A stretch of 64,000 nucleotides of DNA from Candidatus Latescibacterota bacterium (GTDB lineage: Bacteria > Latescibacterota > UBA2968 > UBA8231): NCBI GenBank assembly GCA_965200315.1, contig OZ241362.1:4352001-4416000 (forward strand), read 5' to 3'. The notes below the pieces were generated by a model. That model was not told where the DNA came from. It worked only from the letters and a program-made list of their open reading frames with translations, and searched no databases. The translations under genes and the position numbers were made by a program. This document shows, piece by piece, positions 1-10,169 of the stretch (within the stretch, counting starts at the first letter, position 1; each line of letters begins with the position of its first letter).

Positions 1-3000
1 TCGGTGCTCAGACCCGCGAGCAGGCCAATTTGGCGCTGGATCGCCCGCTCCCATTCCGGTAGGGCAGTGTCTGGGCAACCTTCGCGCTCGATGACCGACA
101 ACAGGGCTTGGCGATCCACGGCTCCGTCTTCCAGCCTCGGCAGTGGTCGGGTCCAAAAGTGCAGGCGCTGGATCCGATGATAGCTGGGCAAGGTGCGCGA
201 GATTTCGTATGAGCGCGCTTGGATGGCCTCTCGTAAGTCCTCGGCCTCGCGGTTGAGTACGGCTACGCCGTGTAACTCTTCACCTCCGATGCGAGCCGAA
301 GGTACGCCCACCACGCCCAACTCGGCCACGTGCGGTAGGTCTTGGTAGAGCGATTCGACTTCGCGGGGATAGACGTTGTGGCCGGCTCCATTGACGATTA
401 GGTCTTTGCGCCTCCCCTCGACGAAGAGGTAGCCGTCGTCGTCGAGGCGGCCGAGATCGCCGGTGTGTAGCCACCCGTCGCGCAACACCGCTTGGGTCAG
501 TTCCTCTTGGGAAAAATAGCCCACCATGACGTTGATACCTCGTACTAAGACCTCGCCGACGCCGCGCTCGTCCGGCTCAGCGATCTGCACTTGTTGCCCG
601 GGTAGCATCTGCCCTACCGACTGGAATTTGCACTGATCGGGTGGGTTGACCGCCACGACGGAAGCCGCTTCGCTCAGGCCGTAGCCTTGGCAAATTGCCA
701 CGCCGAGACGCTCGTAAGCGTCGATGAGGTCGTCGGATAGGGCTGCGCCGACGCTGACGACCCGCCTCAGAGCGGCTAGCGCCGCCGTGGCCTCGGCCCC
801 GAGGCGCTCGACGCGATCGGCCAAGACGCGCAACAGGCGTGGCGCGGTCAACAGTACAGTCGCATTCGTATCGCGCAGGGCGCGGAGCATCTCGCGGCTG
901 TTGACGGCCTCTACATACGTGATGGTGGCTCCGCCTAAAAGCGGCAGCAGCAAGCCCCCGGTGCATTCGAGGACTTGGTGCAGCGGCAAGGTCGAGAGCA
1001 TGCGGTCGGATTTATAGATGCGCAGGACCTCGCCTTGGGCGAGGACGTTGGAGATGAGGTTGCGATGGCTCAACACCACTCCGCGCGGCTCGAGGACCGA
1101 GGTAAAGATAATCGACGCTGTGGCATCTGGATTGACTCTCGGTCGTTTCCAACGGCCTTTTTGGGCGGACGCGTCTGGCTCGGGAGTGTGCCCGAACGGC
1201 AGCCCCTCGCGATCTACATTGAAAAAGGCCATTTCCTTGTGAGCGGCCACGCCCTCGGGCGAGAGCTGGGAAAAGCGCTTTTCCGCGGCAATCAGTGCCC
1301 GCGCTTGGACAAAGTCGCACAGCCTCCAGATGTCTTCCTCGCGCGTCTGCGGGCTGATGGGCACGACCGCTAGCCCGAGCAAGTTGGCCGCCATATAGGC
1401 GACGACCCATTCCGGCCCATTGTCCCCGCACAGCAGGACCCGCGCACCGGCTGATGCGCCCTGTGCCTGCCAACGGCGCGCCACGCGCTCGGCGCGGGTA
1501 AGCAGCTCGGCGTAGCTGATCCGCGTCCAGCCAGATTGGCGCTCGATTTGCAAGGCCGTGCGGGCGGCGTAGCGGCCGCCGGCCCAGCGCAACAGGTCCG
1601 GGATTGTGCGGATGCTTTCCTCGATGCGCCAGCGCTGCTCCTCGCCCCCCACTTCGCTCGGTGCCGCACTCAGCGGCTCTTGGTCGTCGTTAGCCCCGCC
1701 GAGTTCGTGACGTCGGAGGCCGGGCAGGTGGGTTTTTTGATAGTATTGATACCAGTCAATCCGCCGCACATCCATGTTGAAGATCCGCTGCTCTTCGGGG
1801 GGCAGCGACTCGTAGAGAGCCAACATGCGCTTGGCTTCATAGCGGCAGTCGAGGGTCGTGTACGGGCTGAACAAGTCAGTGAAGTACTGGACGCGCTTGA
1901 GGCGCGTCTTGAGCGCGGCCAAGCGGCGCTTCTTCTGGGGCGGTGCCCAGCGCTCGGGCAGGTAGTCGTAGAGCTTTTGCTTTAGCTCTAGAGGATAGAG
2001 GTACTTCCAGTTGAAGGCGCGCTGAAAGCGGGCCACGGTCGGGAAGGTCCAATCCACTAGCTCGGGCCGAGAGCCGTCTTTGTTGAGGAGGGGGTATTCC
2101 TCAAAGTAGCCCTTGACGTACTTGAACATCCGGGTATTGGGCAGGGGGTTTTCTCCGCTGGTTGCCGCGTGGAAGACCTCCACTGTGGAAGCCGTGGCCT
2201 GCGTGGCCGCGGCCAGCACGGTATTAACGACGATGTCCACAGGCACCAAGTCCATGGGTGCGCCCATTGCGGCCGGGAAGTTCGGGACGATCCCCCGCCC
2301 GTAGGCCACTATCAGTGGATCGGTTACCTTGAGCCCATGGATCCAGCCTGGATGCGGGTCTTCGAGCGCGCCTTCGGTGACGCTGGGTCGCACGATGGCC
2401 AGCGGCACTTGGCCGCGGTGCTTGACGAGCAACTGCTCGCCCATGGCCTTGGTAAAAGTGTACACGTCATTCCAGCCATGCTGCCGCGCTCGCCGCATCC
2501 CCTCCTCGACTAGCTCGCGCTCGATCCAGCGGCGACAGCGGTCGTTGATCAGCTTTTGCAAGCGGCTGTCCGAGAGCGTACGGCGGTGGCTCTGCTCGAC
2601 GATCTCGCGGCGAAATGCACGCTGTTGCTCGGCGCTTTGCGCTTGGGCGCGGATGGCGCGGCAGAGGGCTTGTGCTTCGGCTATTTCTTCTTCGGGGACG
2701 AAAGGTTGTGGCGGTGCGTTGCCGTCGATTAGGTGCTGAATAGTGCGGTCGATCGGCAGGGTGCGCTCGGGGACAGCACCGGTGCGTTGCCCGTTGACGT
2801 ACGCGGTTGATACGTGGACTAAGACGGGATTTTTGCGGCCTTCGCGGGCCAACCGCAAAAGCTCCTGAGGTGCCAAGGTGTTGAATTGGATCGCCGAGTC
2901 GAGCGGTTCGTCAAAAGTGACGCTGGCCGCGTTGCCAATGATGAGGTCGACTTCGGCCAACAGCTCGTCGCGGGATGCTTCGGCTAGCCCGAGGCCCGGC

Positions 3001-3284
3001 TGCTGCATGTCGCAGGCGAGGGCGCGCACCTTCTGCCGCGCCGCGGCAAAGGCGGCTGGCTCCTCTTGGCGAAAGCGGTCGAAGACGACTAGCTTGAAGA
3101 GTTCGTCCAGCCGTTCCTCTACCGGCAGGGCGGCCCCGTTAGGACCCCGACCGGGCCGCAACACGAGGTACAAGCGCCGCACGCCGGGCAAATAGCGCAG
3201 GAGCTTGGCCGTCAGACCCTGCCCGTAAAACCCGGTGCCGCCGGTCAGCAACACGGTGCGGTCCTGATAGAATTCTCTGATCAT
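1..3284 (-). CDS. Multidomain fatty acyl-CoA reductase / AMP-binding adenylation / probable carrier-domain protein (ElbD-like), 3' end outside window
   Basis: Absent from ORF track because it runs off the edge. Manual translation from ATG 3284 gives MIREFYQDRTVLLTGGTGFYG (NAD binding), GWNDVYTFTKAM (YxxxK), then GYGLSE and GWLHTGDLG adenylation motifs; same frame still open at position 3. Confidence 0.85.
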   Translation of the reverse strand, partial: MIREFYQDRTVLLTGGTGFYGQGLTAKLLRYLPGVRRLYLVLRPGRGPNGAALPVEERLDELFKLVVFDRFRQEEPAAFAAARQKVRALACDMQQPGLGLAEASRDELLAEVDLIIGNAASVTFDEPLDSAIQFNTLAPQELLRLAREGRKNPVLVHVSTAYVNGQRTGAVPERTLPIDRTIQHLIDGNAPPQPFVPEEEIAEAQALCRAIRAQAQSAEQQRAFRREIVEQSHRRTLSDSRLQKLINDRCRRWIERELVEEGMRRARQHGWNDVYTFTKAMGEQLLVKHRGQVPLAIVRPSVTEGALEDPHPGWIHGLKVTDPLIVAYGRGIVPNFPAAMGAPMDLVPVDIVVNTVLAAATQATASTVEVFHAATSGENPLPNTRMFKYVKGYFEEYPLLNKDGSRPELVDWTFPTVARFQRAFNWKYLYPLELKQKLYDYLPERWAPPQKKRRLAALKTRLKRVQYFTDLFSPYTTLDCRYEAKRMLALYESLPPEEQRIFNMDVRRIDWYQYYQKTHLPGLRRHELGGANDDQEPLSAAPSEVGGEEQRWRIEESIRTIPDLLRWAGGRYAARTALQIERQSGWTRISYAELLTRAERVARRWQAQGASAGARVLLCGDNGPEWVVAYMAANLLGLAVVPISPQTREEDIWRLCDFVQARALIAAEKRFSQLSPEGVAAHKEMAFFNVDREGLPFGHTPEPDASAQKGRWKRPRVNPDATASIIFTSVLEPRGVVLSHRNLISNVLAQGEVLRIYKSDRMLSTLPLHQVLECTGGLLLPLLGGATITYVEAVNSREMLRALRDTNATVLLTAPRLLRVLADRVERLGAEATAALAALRRVVSVGAALSDDLIDAYERLGVAICQGYGLSEAASVVAVNPPDQCKFQSVGQMLPGQQVQIAEPDERGVGEVLVRGINVMVGYFSQEELTQAVLRDGWLHTGDLGRLDDDGYLFVEGRRKDLIVNGAGHNVYPREVESLYQDLPHVAELGVVGVPSARIGGEELHGVAVLNREAEDLREAIQARSYEISRTLPSYHRIQRLHFWTRPLPRLEDGAVDRQALLSVIEREGCPDTALPEWERAIQRQIGLLAGLST

Positions 3285-3344
3285 AGCGGAGACGGACAAA
3301 AGCCCCATCCCGTGTTAGGACAGGGCTCAAAACGTTGTAATATA

Positions 3345-3360
3345 GAGGGCGGGATGCCCT
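3345..3360. repeat. REP-like short palindrome (GAGGGCGGGATGCCCT)
   Basis: Intergenic palindrome related to copies at 35862-35880 and 43103-43117. Confidence 0.35.
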
Positions 3361-3585
3361 GCCACAAGGCGGCTTACTGTGCGGGACGCCTAGGCTCGCA
3401 ACCCTTGCCGTCGCGCCGATTTCGGTCTAGTCCTTGCTTGGTGATATAGGGGTGTTTGACCTGTTTTTTTAGTTCTCGGCGCTGGTCAGCCCAATCGATG
3501 TCTCGTTTTCGTTTAGCCATGCTTTGATGTTATCTTTCTATACAATTAATCTACGCGCAAGGCCGCTCATGGGACAACCCAAGCT

Positions 3586-4491
3586 ATGTCCAAACACTGG
3601 GTCTTGATAGCCAATCCAACCGCGGGCAAGGCCCGCGCCCGCAGTGTCGCCGAGCAAGCCGCCTTGGCTATACAAGACGCTGGTCAAGTGGTTGAGTTGC
3701 GCTACACTCGGGCCAAGGGCCACGCAGCCGAGCTGGCTCAGCAGGCCGTGGGTGAGGGCGCTGAGCGGCTGGTGGTCTGCGGCGGCGACGGCACCATCCG
3801 CGAGACGCTCGCGCCTCTCGCTGGCTCGCGCACGGCCTTGGGGCTGCTACCTTGCGGCACCTGCAACGACTTGGCCCGCGCCCTCGCCGTGCCGCTCCGA
3901 GTGAAAGCGGCTATAGACAACCTACTCTGCGGCGAGGTGCGCGCCATAGATTTGGGCCGAGCCGGCGACCGCTTCTTTGCCACAATCGCCGCCTTTGGCT
4001 TTGATGCCGAAGTCAACCGCCGCATGGAAAGCGCCCAAGGGCCTCTATCCGGGCGGATTCGCTATACCTTGGAAGCCTTGCGGCACGTTGTTCGCTACCA
4101 GCCGATCCGGGTTCGTCTCTGCGGCGATTTCGGGGAGATTGAGCAAGAGGTGCTGCAAGTATCTACTGCCAATGCGCGGAATTATGGCGGCAATTTGTGC
4201 GTTGCCCCAGATGCCGACCTCGGCGATGGCCTCTTCGACGTGGTCGTCGTTGATGCGGTGCCGCGGCGGGCTTTTCTGTCGCTGATGCTCCGCCTCTTTT
4301 GGCGAGCACACGTCCGCCATCGAGCTGTGCGCGTCGAGCGCACGGCCCGTCTAGCGCTGCACACGGACGCGCCACACCGCGTGTACGCAGACGGCGACTA
4401 TCTAGGCCAGACGCCACTCGTGCTGGAAATTAGCCCGGCAGCGCTGCGGGTGGCGGTGCCGAGTTTTTGCCCGCAAGGGGTGCGTTGCTGA
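3586..4491 (+). CDS. Diacylglycerol kinase family lipid kinase (YegS/DagK-like)
   Basis: NPTAG, GGDGT and PCGTCND motifs. Confidence 0.9.
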   Translation: MSKHWVLIANPTAGKARARSVAEQAALAIQDAGQVVELRYTRAKGHAAELAQQAVGEGAERLVVCGGDGTIRETLAPLAGSRTALGLLPCGTCNDLARALAVPLRVKAAIDNLLCGEVRAIDLGRAGDRFFATIAAFGFDAEVNRRMESAQGPLSGRIRYTLEALRHVVRYQPIRVRLCGDFGEIEQEVLQVSTANARNYGGNLCVAPDADLGDGLFDVVVVDAVPRRAFLSLMLRLFWRAHVRHRAVRVERTARLALHTDAPHRVYADGDYLGQTPLVLEISPAALRVAVPSFCPQGVRC

Positions 4492-4540
4492 TATTGCCCT
4501 AAGGGGCGGAGCTCAATCACGAATTATTCCACAGCGTCTT

Positions 4541-5518
4541 ATGGCTACCCGAGCACAACAAATACGCCTAGGCATCTTCTTCTTGGTTTCGCTCGCCGTC
4601 CTCGCGCTTTTCTTCATCGTCGTCGCCGGCAGCCATCTGCTGAGCCAGCGCGATACCTATTACATCGAGTTCAACTCGCCCGTCAGCGGCCTCAACAAAG
4701 GCGCGGGCGTCAAGTACTTGGGCTTTAGTATTGGCCGCGTCGAGGACATCGCAATCGCGCAGGATCATCTCTCTACCGTAGTAGTAGAGATTGCGGTCGA
4801 GCGGCGGCTGGCCGAAAATGCGATCCGCACCGATACGCAGGCACGAATGGCCTCGCTGGGGCTCACCGGCCTGAAGTCCATCGAACTTTTCGGGGGCAGC
4901 GACGAGGCCCCGGCCCTCCCACGAGGGTCCACCATTGTTGCGGACGAGACCTTTTTTAGCAGCATGCAAGAGCGCACCGAAGCGCTCAGCGCCAAGGTTG
5001 AACAAACCATCGACAACCTAAACGCGCTGCTCAGCAGCGAAAACCAGCGCACCTTCACTGAACTGCTGAACAACGCGGGCAATCTGCTGGCCACGGCCAA
5101 CGCGCTGGTCGAGGACAACCGCGCCGCATTCGACGAGACCGCGGCCAATATGGTTGCCACCAGTCGCTCGCTCGCCAAAATTAGCGCGACTTTGGCGACG
5201 ACGACCGATTCCCTGCACAGCTTGCTCGTGGGCGCGAAGCTGCAACAGACGGTTGATGACCTGCAAGGGACGATGCACAAGTTGCGCCAGCAAATAGACG
5301 GTCCGGTTCCCCGGCTCGTCGCGCGGATGGATACCGTGATAAGCCATATCGACCGGACTTTTGTGGGCATTGATCAGACCGTAGGGGCCAGCCGGCAGAA
5401 TCTTCTGCGCGCCATGCAGGAATTGGAGGAAACTTTGCAAAATATCCGCGAAACCACCGAACTGATTCGCGAGAATCCCGCGGTACTGATCCGAGGTCGC
5501 AGCGGTGGGGATCAATAG
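4541..5518 (+). CDS. MCE/MlaD family protein with long helical C-terminus
   Basis: N-terminal TM helix, SGLNKGAGVKYLGFSIGRV MCE signature, GLTGLKSIEL. Confidence 0.9.
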   Translation: MATRAQQIRLGIFFLVSLAVLALFFIVVAGSHLLSQRDTYYIEFNSPVSGLNKGAGVKYLGFSIGRVEDIAIAQDHLSTVVVEIAVERRLAENAIRTDTQARMASLGLTGLKSIELFGGSDEAPALPRGSTIVADETFFSSMQERTEALSAKVEQTIDNLNALLSSENQRTFTELLNNAGNLLATANALVEDNRAAFDETAANMVATSRSLAKISATLATTTDSLHSLLVGAKLQQTVDDLQGTMHKLRQQIDGPVPRLVARMDTVISHIDRTFVGIDQTVGASRQNLLRAMQELEETLQNIRETTELIRENPAVLIRGRSGGDQ

Positions 5519-6260
5519 CCGAGTGCGCTGCTGCGGTCAGGCCCTCGTTTTGGCCGCAGCTCTATCTGGCTGCGCCCAGTTGCTAGGCGGCGATACTAAG
5601 CTGCCGCAACGGCGCTATTTTAAGCTGCATATCGAACCCTTGCGCGGCAGCGTGGAAGGTTCCGAGCGCCCGTATCCTTTCCGGGTGCAGGTCAAAGGCT
5701 TTGAAGTGCCTCGTGCCTATGACCGCACCCACCTCATCCGCCGCCGCGACCAGTACGAACTACAGCGCGACAATCTCCACCACTGGATGGAGCGCCCCAG
5801 CGACATGATTACCGATGCAGTCAAGCAGTACCTGCGCCAAGCTGATCTCTTTACCTATATCGGCGGGGAGCGCGATTTTTTTGAGCATCGCCCGGATTAC
5901 GTGCTCAGCGGCTCGGTCAAAGCCATTGAGCGCTTCGACAGCGGCGACCTGTGGGCAGCCCATCTGGTTATGACGCTGGAACTGGTAAGGCAGGACGATG
6001 GCAAAGTTATATGGCAGGACGATTTCGACGAGGAAAAACAAGTGTTTTCCCCGGCCATGATACACACAGTAGCCGCGTTGAGCGGGCTTTTGGGCCAGCG
6101 GATGCAAAAGGCGATCGGGGAGATCGACTTCAAGTTCAGCAATAAGCAGCGGCCCGCACCCATCGCGCCCGACGGGGAAACCTCATCAGCGGCCCGAGAT
6201 ACCGTGCTGCAAACCCAAGCCGATCACTACGAACTCATACCGGGAAAACTGGCCCCATAG
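5505..6260 (+). CDS. ABC-transport auxiliary lipoprotein (PqiC-like)
   Basis: Lipobox LSGC, HHWMERPSDMI motif, position after MCE gene. Confidence 0.75.
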   Translation: MGINSRVRCCGQALVLAAALSGCAQLLGGDTKLPQRRYFKLHIEPLRGSVEGSERPYPFRVQVKGFEVPRAYDRTHLIRRRDQYELQRDNLHHWMERPSDMITDAVKQYLRQADLFTYIGGERDFFEHRPDYVLSGSVKAIERFDSGDLWAAHLVMTLELVRQDDGKVIWQDDFDEEKQVFSPAMIHTVAALSGLLGQRMQKAIGEIDFKFSNKQRPAPIAPDGETSSAARDTVLQTQADHYELIPGKLAP

Positions 6261-6268
6261 GACCTGGT

Positions 6269-7777
6269 ATGGACAAGCTATTTTACATCCTGATCGCCCT
6301 GCCGTTGCTCGCTAGCCCAGCCCTAAGCGACAGCGACACTTGGATCGCCCCGCCCGGGCGCGGCCAGCTCGAACAGGATCCAACGCTGATTCCCAAGGGC
6401 AAGGGCTTTCTGTTCGTGCCGACGATGACCGGCTCCCTCAACGAGCCGAGCTTTCTCATCTTACAGGGCAACAAACCCATCCGCGAAGCCTCCCCCGGCA
6501 CTGGCGTGTTGCTATCGCCCGGCAACTACAAATTACTGGTCGGCTCGGGCCCGGACCTCCAAATGATGACCCGCACCTTGCCAGTCCGAGAGGGCATGAC
6601 GACGCTAGTAAAGCCCTTCTGGGCCGGACTAGTCATCAACGTCATGTCTGAGAACCGCACAGCGATCAACGAATCCTATGAACTGTACCGGGAATCCTCA
6701 CAGGAAAACTACGGCATTGGCTATGGAGTCGAAGAAGAGCGCGGCGAAGCGGTCAAGACGTGGCTCTTGCCACCGGGCGTTTACTCGGTCGTGCAAGTCG
6801 GCGACAACATATCAACTACCCGCAAGTTCAGCGTTCGCTTAGAGCCAAGCGAGTTGGTCCAGCGCAACCTAGTAGTGGACAGCAAGGACGATACCTTCAT
6901 CGGCTTCTACCCCCCGGCTCAATATGGCCTCCTCGCTCAAGTAGCGGACTCGAACTGGAAGACCTCCTTGCAGCTAAGCGGCTCGCCCCGGCTCACTTCG
7001 CAGAATACAACCGGCGCAGATCGCTCAATCCTCTCGCTTTCCGCTGAGATCATCGGCAGCAGCGTCTATAACACGGACCGCCATTACGCCAATCTGCGGC
7101 TAGACTTTGAAGAAGGCTTTACCCGCGAAGAGGGCGACGACTTCCGCAAGTCCGTCGATGAGTTTGAGGTCCGCGCTACGTATATCTACCGGCTTTCCAA
7201 GCGAATTGGCCCCTATTTGCGCGGGGTGTTCAACACCAAGCTATTCGCCGAGGAGAAGCGCTTTGAAAAGCCGAAGGAGCTTTTGGTCCGCATCGGTGAC
7301 CAGATCGAGTCCGAGACGGGCATTAGCGAATTTACTCTCTCGCCGTCCTTCAGCCCTCTCGTGCTACGCCAAGGCATCGGCATCAACGCCCAAGTTATCG
7401 GCAGCTTTCCCCTGAACCTCGACATGCGCATTGGTTTTGGGGCGCGCCAGACTTACGTTACGGACACCTTCACCCTTGAGCAGTACGCCGCCCGCACTAT
7501 TGCCCGCAAGTTGGAGGATAAGACCTCCACCGGCTTAGAAGCCGTACTGCTCCTCCAGTCGCGTTTCTCGCGCTTCCCGAGCTTGGACTCGGAGTTTGAC
7601 ATCATTATCCCAAAAACGGCCACCGACACTTGGGAATTCACTTGGGAAAACCGCTTGCGCTTGCCGCTTAGTCGCTTCGCCAACGTGGTCGTCGTCTTCG
7701 ACTTCAAGCGCGAGCAGGCGATCCGGCGGCTGCAATCTGAGCAACAGGTCCTGCTGCGTCTGAACTATTTGCTATGA
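6269..7777 (+). CDS. Secreted protein, probable outer-membrane beta-barrel with N-terminal beta-sandwich domains
   Basis: Signal peptide; alternating amphipathic strands in the C-terminal half ending LRLNYLL; inside the MCE operon. Confidence 0.6.
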   Translation: MDKLFYILIALPLLASPALSDSDTWIAPPGRGQLEQDPTLIPKGKGFLFVPTMTGSLNEPSFLILQGNKPIREASPGTGVLLSPGNYKLLVGSGPDLQMMTRTLPVREGMTTLVKPFWAGLVINVMSENRTAINESYELYRESSQENYGIGYGVEEERGEAVKTWLLPPGVYSVVQVGDNISTTRKFSVRLEPSELVQRNLVVDSKDDTFIGFYPPAQYGLLAQVADSNWKTSLQLSGSPRLTSQNTTGADRSILSLSAEIIGSSVYNTDRHYANLRLDFEEGFTREEGDDFRKSVDEFEVRATYIYRLSKRIGPYLRGVFNTKLFAEEKRFEKPKELLVRIGDQIESETGISEFTLSPSFSPLVLRQGIGINAQVIGSFPLNLDMRIGFGARQTYVTDTFTLEQYAARTIARKLEDKTSTGLEAVLLLQSRFSRFPSLDSEFDIIIPKTATDTWEFTWENRLRLPLSRFANVVVVFDFKREQAIRRLQSEQQVLLRLNYLL

Positions 7778-8883
7778 CTTGGGTGCAGGGCGACGAACAG
7801 GGGATCGCGCTCAAAGGCGCACTTTCGGTGCATACCATCGGCGCACTCGCTCCTCAAGTCCGCGCTCTTATCGCTGCACACCCACGCTCCACATTGCGCA
7901 CTGACTTGCGCCAAGTCGAACACCTCGACACCGCAGGGGCCGTCTTCCTGCGCCGCTTGCCCGCTCTTGCCCTATCCGTGGATAAGGAACTCCGCCTCGA
8001 TGGGCTACCCGCTCACTTGCAGCCCTTTTTCGACTTTGCCACGCCCGCGCCGCCGCCCGCGCCGCCGCCCGCGCCGCCGCCCGCGCCGTCTCGCGCTGCT
8101 CTTGAACGCCTCGGCGCTTGGGTCCGCGCTTGGGGCGTCCGCGCCGCCAGTTTTCTCTACCTGATGGCCGACCTGAGCGTTTTTTCGGTTAGCGCCTTGT
8201 TCCGCCGCGAGCAGATTCGCCGGGGCAGCTTTGGCGAGCAAGCGTACGCGATAGGTGCGCAAGCTTTGCAGATCGTCGGGCTGATCCTCTTTCTCGTCGG
8301 CGCGGTTTCGGCCCTGCAGTCCGCAGCCCAGCTTCGCCAGTTTGGGGCCGATATTTTTGTCGCCAATCTGCTGGGCCTTGGGCTGACCCGCGAGTTGGGG
8401 CCGCTGATGACCGCGATCATGGTATCGGGCCGATCCGGATCGGCTATTGCCGCCGAAATTGCCACCATGAAGTTCACCGAGGAATTGGACGCCCTGCAGA
8501 CTATGGGAATTGACCCACTGCGCTTTGTGGTGGTGCCCAAGCTGTGGGCCATGGTCGTCTGCATGCCGCTTTTGACAGTCATGGCCAATTTCGTTGGTAT
8601 CCTCGGCGGCACCTTCATCGGCTTGGTGTCGCTGGACATCCCGGCTACTGTGTTTCTCAACCAAGTCTTCTCGTCGCTCTTTCTCAAGGATTTGCTCACT
8701 GGGCTGGTTAAAAGCGCGTCCTTTGCGTGGCTTATTGCGATCATCTCGGTGCATCACGGCCTCAATTTCAGCGGTGGGGCGGAGGGCGTTGGCCGGGCGA
8801 CGACTTCGGCGGTCGTGTCGTCGCTGTTTGGTATCATCATCCTCGACGCCTTCTGGGGCATTGTCTTTTATCTCAAATGGTGA
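7774..8883 (+). CDS. mlaE: MlaE family ABC permease with N-terminal STAS domain
   Basis: HLDTAGA STAS motif; RELGPLMTAIMVSGRSGSAIAAEIATMKFTEELDAL; GVGRATT. Confidence 0.9.
   Translation: MTWVQGDEQGIALKGALSVHTIGALAPQVRALIAAHPRSTLRTDLRQVEHLDTAGAVFLRRLPALALSVDKELRLDGLPAHLQPFFDFATPAPPPAPPPAPPPAPSRAALERLGAWVRAWGVRAASFLYLMADLSVFSVSALFRREQIRRGSFGEQAYAIGAQALQIVGLILFLVGAVSALQSAAQLRQFGADIFVANLLGLGLTRELGPLMTAIMVSGRSGSAIAAEIATMKFTEELDALQTMGIDPLRFVVVPKLWAMVVCMPLLTVMANFVGILGGTFIGLVSLDIPATVFLNQVFSSLFLKDLLTGLVKSASFAWLIAIISVHHGLNFSGGAEGVGRATTSAVVSSLFGIIILDAFWGIVFYLKW
8044..8088 (+). repeat. 12-bp tandem repeat (CCCGCGCCGCCG x3.75) encoding a Pro-rich linker
   Basis: Visible directly; encodes PAPPPAPPPAPPPAP between STAS and permease domains. 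Confidence 0.9.
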
Positions 8884-9623
8884 CTCGCGTCATTGACATC
8901 CAAAACCTCTGCGTGTCCTACGGCGAGACGGCCGTTCTGCGCGGGATTGACGCGCACGTGGATGAGGGGGAAATCGCCGTCGTGCTCGGGGGCAGCGGCA
9001 GCGGCAAGAGCACCTTGCTCAAGGCGATTATCGGCTTGGTGCAACCCGCCTCGGGCCGCGTCGAAATCCTCGGCCAAGATGCGACCGCCCTCGGCGAGGA
9101 GGAGCTGGCGGCCCTGCGCAAGCGGCTGGGCGTGATGTTCCAATACGGCGCACTGCTCAATTCGTTGACGGTTGAGCAAAACGTGGCCCTGCCCTTGGAA
9201 ATGCACACGGACCTAGAGCGATCTTTGATTGGGGAGATTGCCCGCACCCGCCTCGCCTCGGTGGGCTTAGGGTACGCCTGCGACCGCTATCCCGGCGAGC
9301 TGTCGGGCGGGATGCGCAAACGCGCTGCTCTGGCGCGGGCCATGGTCATGGACCCGGAGATTCTCTTCTGCGACGAGCCGGGCGCGGGCCTCGACCCGGT
9401 CACCGCGGCCGAAATCGACGCGCTGCTCCTCACGCTCAACCGCGAGTTGGGCATCACCATCGCCATTGTCTCGCACGAGCTGCTCAGCATTGAGCGGCTC
9501 GATGGCCGCCTCATCATGCTGGATCAGGGCCAAGTGGCATTTAGTGGCACGGTCGCCGAGGCCAAGCACTCGGAGCATCCGGTCGTCCGCTCCTTCTTTC
9601 ACCCGTCCGATTCGTCCGCATGA
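8877..9623 (+). CDS. mlaF: MlaF family ABC ATP-binding protein
   Basis: GGSGSGKS, LSGGMRKR, CDEP. Start moved to ATG 8877 overlapping the mlaE end. Confidence 0.9.
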   Translation: MVTRVIDIQNLCVSYGETAVLRGIDAHVDEGEIAVVLGGSGSGKSTLLKAIIGLVQPASGRVEILGQDATALGEEELAALRKRLGVMFQYGALLNSLTVEQNVALPLEMHTDLERSLIGEIARTRLASVGLGYACDRYPGELSGGMRKRAALARAMVMDPEILFCDEPGAGLDPVTAAEIDALLLTLNRELGITIAIVSHELLSIERLDGRLIMLDQGQVAFSGTVAEAKHSEHPVVRSFFHPSDSSA

Positions 9624-10099
9624 AAACCATCATCATCGCCGCTCTGAGCGAAAATAGGGTCATTGGCCGCGACAATGCGATCCCGTGGCACTACCCGGCC
9701 GATATGAAGCACTTCCGCCGCGTCACGCGGGGCCACGCGGTCGTAGCCGGCCGCAAGACCTACGAGACCTTTCAGACGCGCCCCTTGCCCCAGCGCCGCA
9801 ACTTCGTCCTCACTCGCAATCCGGCCTACGCGGTCGCCGAGGGCGTGGTGGTCTGCGCGAGTTGGGCCGAAGTTTTGCAGTGCGCCCGCGCCCACGGCAG
9901 CGAAAAACTCTTCGTGCTTGGCGGTGCCCAAGTCTATGAGCAGGCCCTGTCGTTAGCCGACGAAATGATTCTGACGCACTTGCCCATCCAAGTTGAGGGC
10001 GACGCGTACTTTCCGGCGTGGGACGAAGGCGAATGGGAGGTGGTCGAAAGGCGCGGCCAAGGCGAGCTGGTTTTTGCGACGTACTGCCGCCGCTATTGA
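9620..10099 (+). CDS. folA: Dihydrofolate reductase
   Basis: VIGRDNAIPWHYPADMKHF, GRKTYE, RPLPQRRN, GGAQVY, GDAYFP. Confidence 0.95.
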   Translation: MKTIIIAALSENRVIGRDNAIPWHYPADMKHFRRVTRGHAVVAGRKTYETFQTRPLPQRRNFVLTRNPAYAVAEGVVVCASWAEVLQCARAHGSEKLFVLGGAQVYEQALSLADEMILTHLPIQVEGDAYFPAWDEGEWEVVERRGQGELVFATYCRRY

Positions 10100-10169
10100 G
10101 GGTTTGATTATAAGGACAGGCGGTGTACATTCACCTTTTTAACGTACCTCGTCAGGAGAGGAGGCCATC

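Noticed and set aside
280-3330. Many short track ORFs in the first 3.3 kb
   Set aside because: Shadows of the single minus-strand gene starting at 3284.
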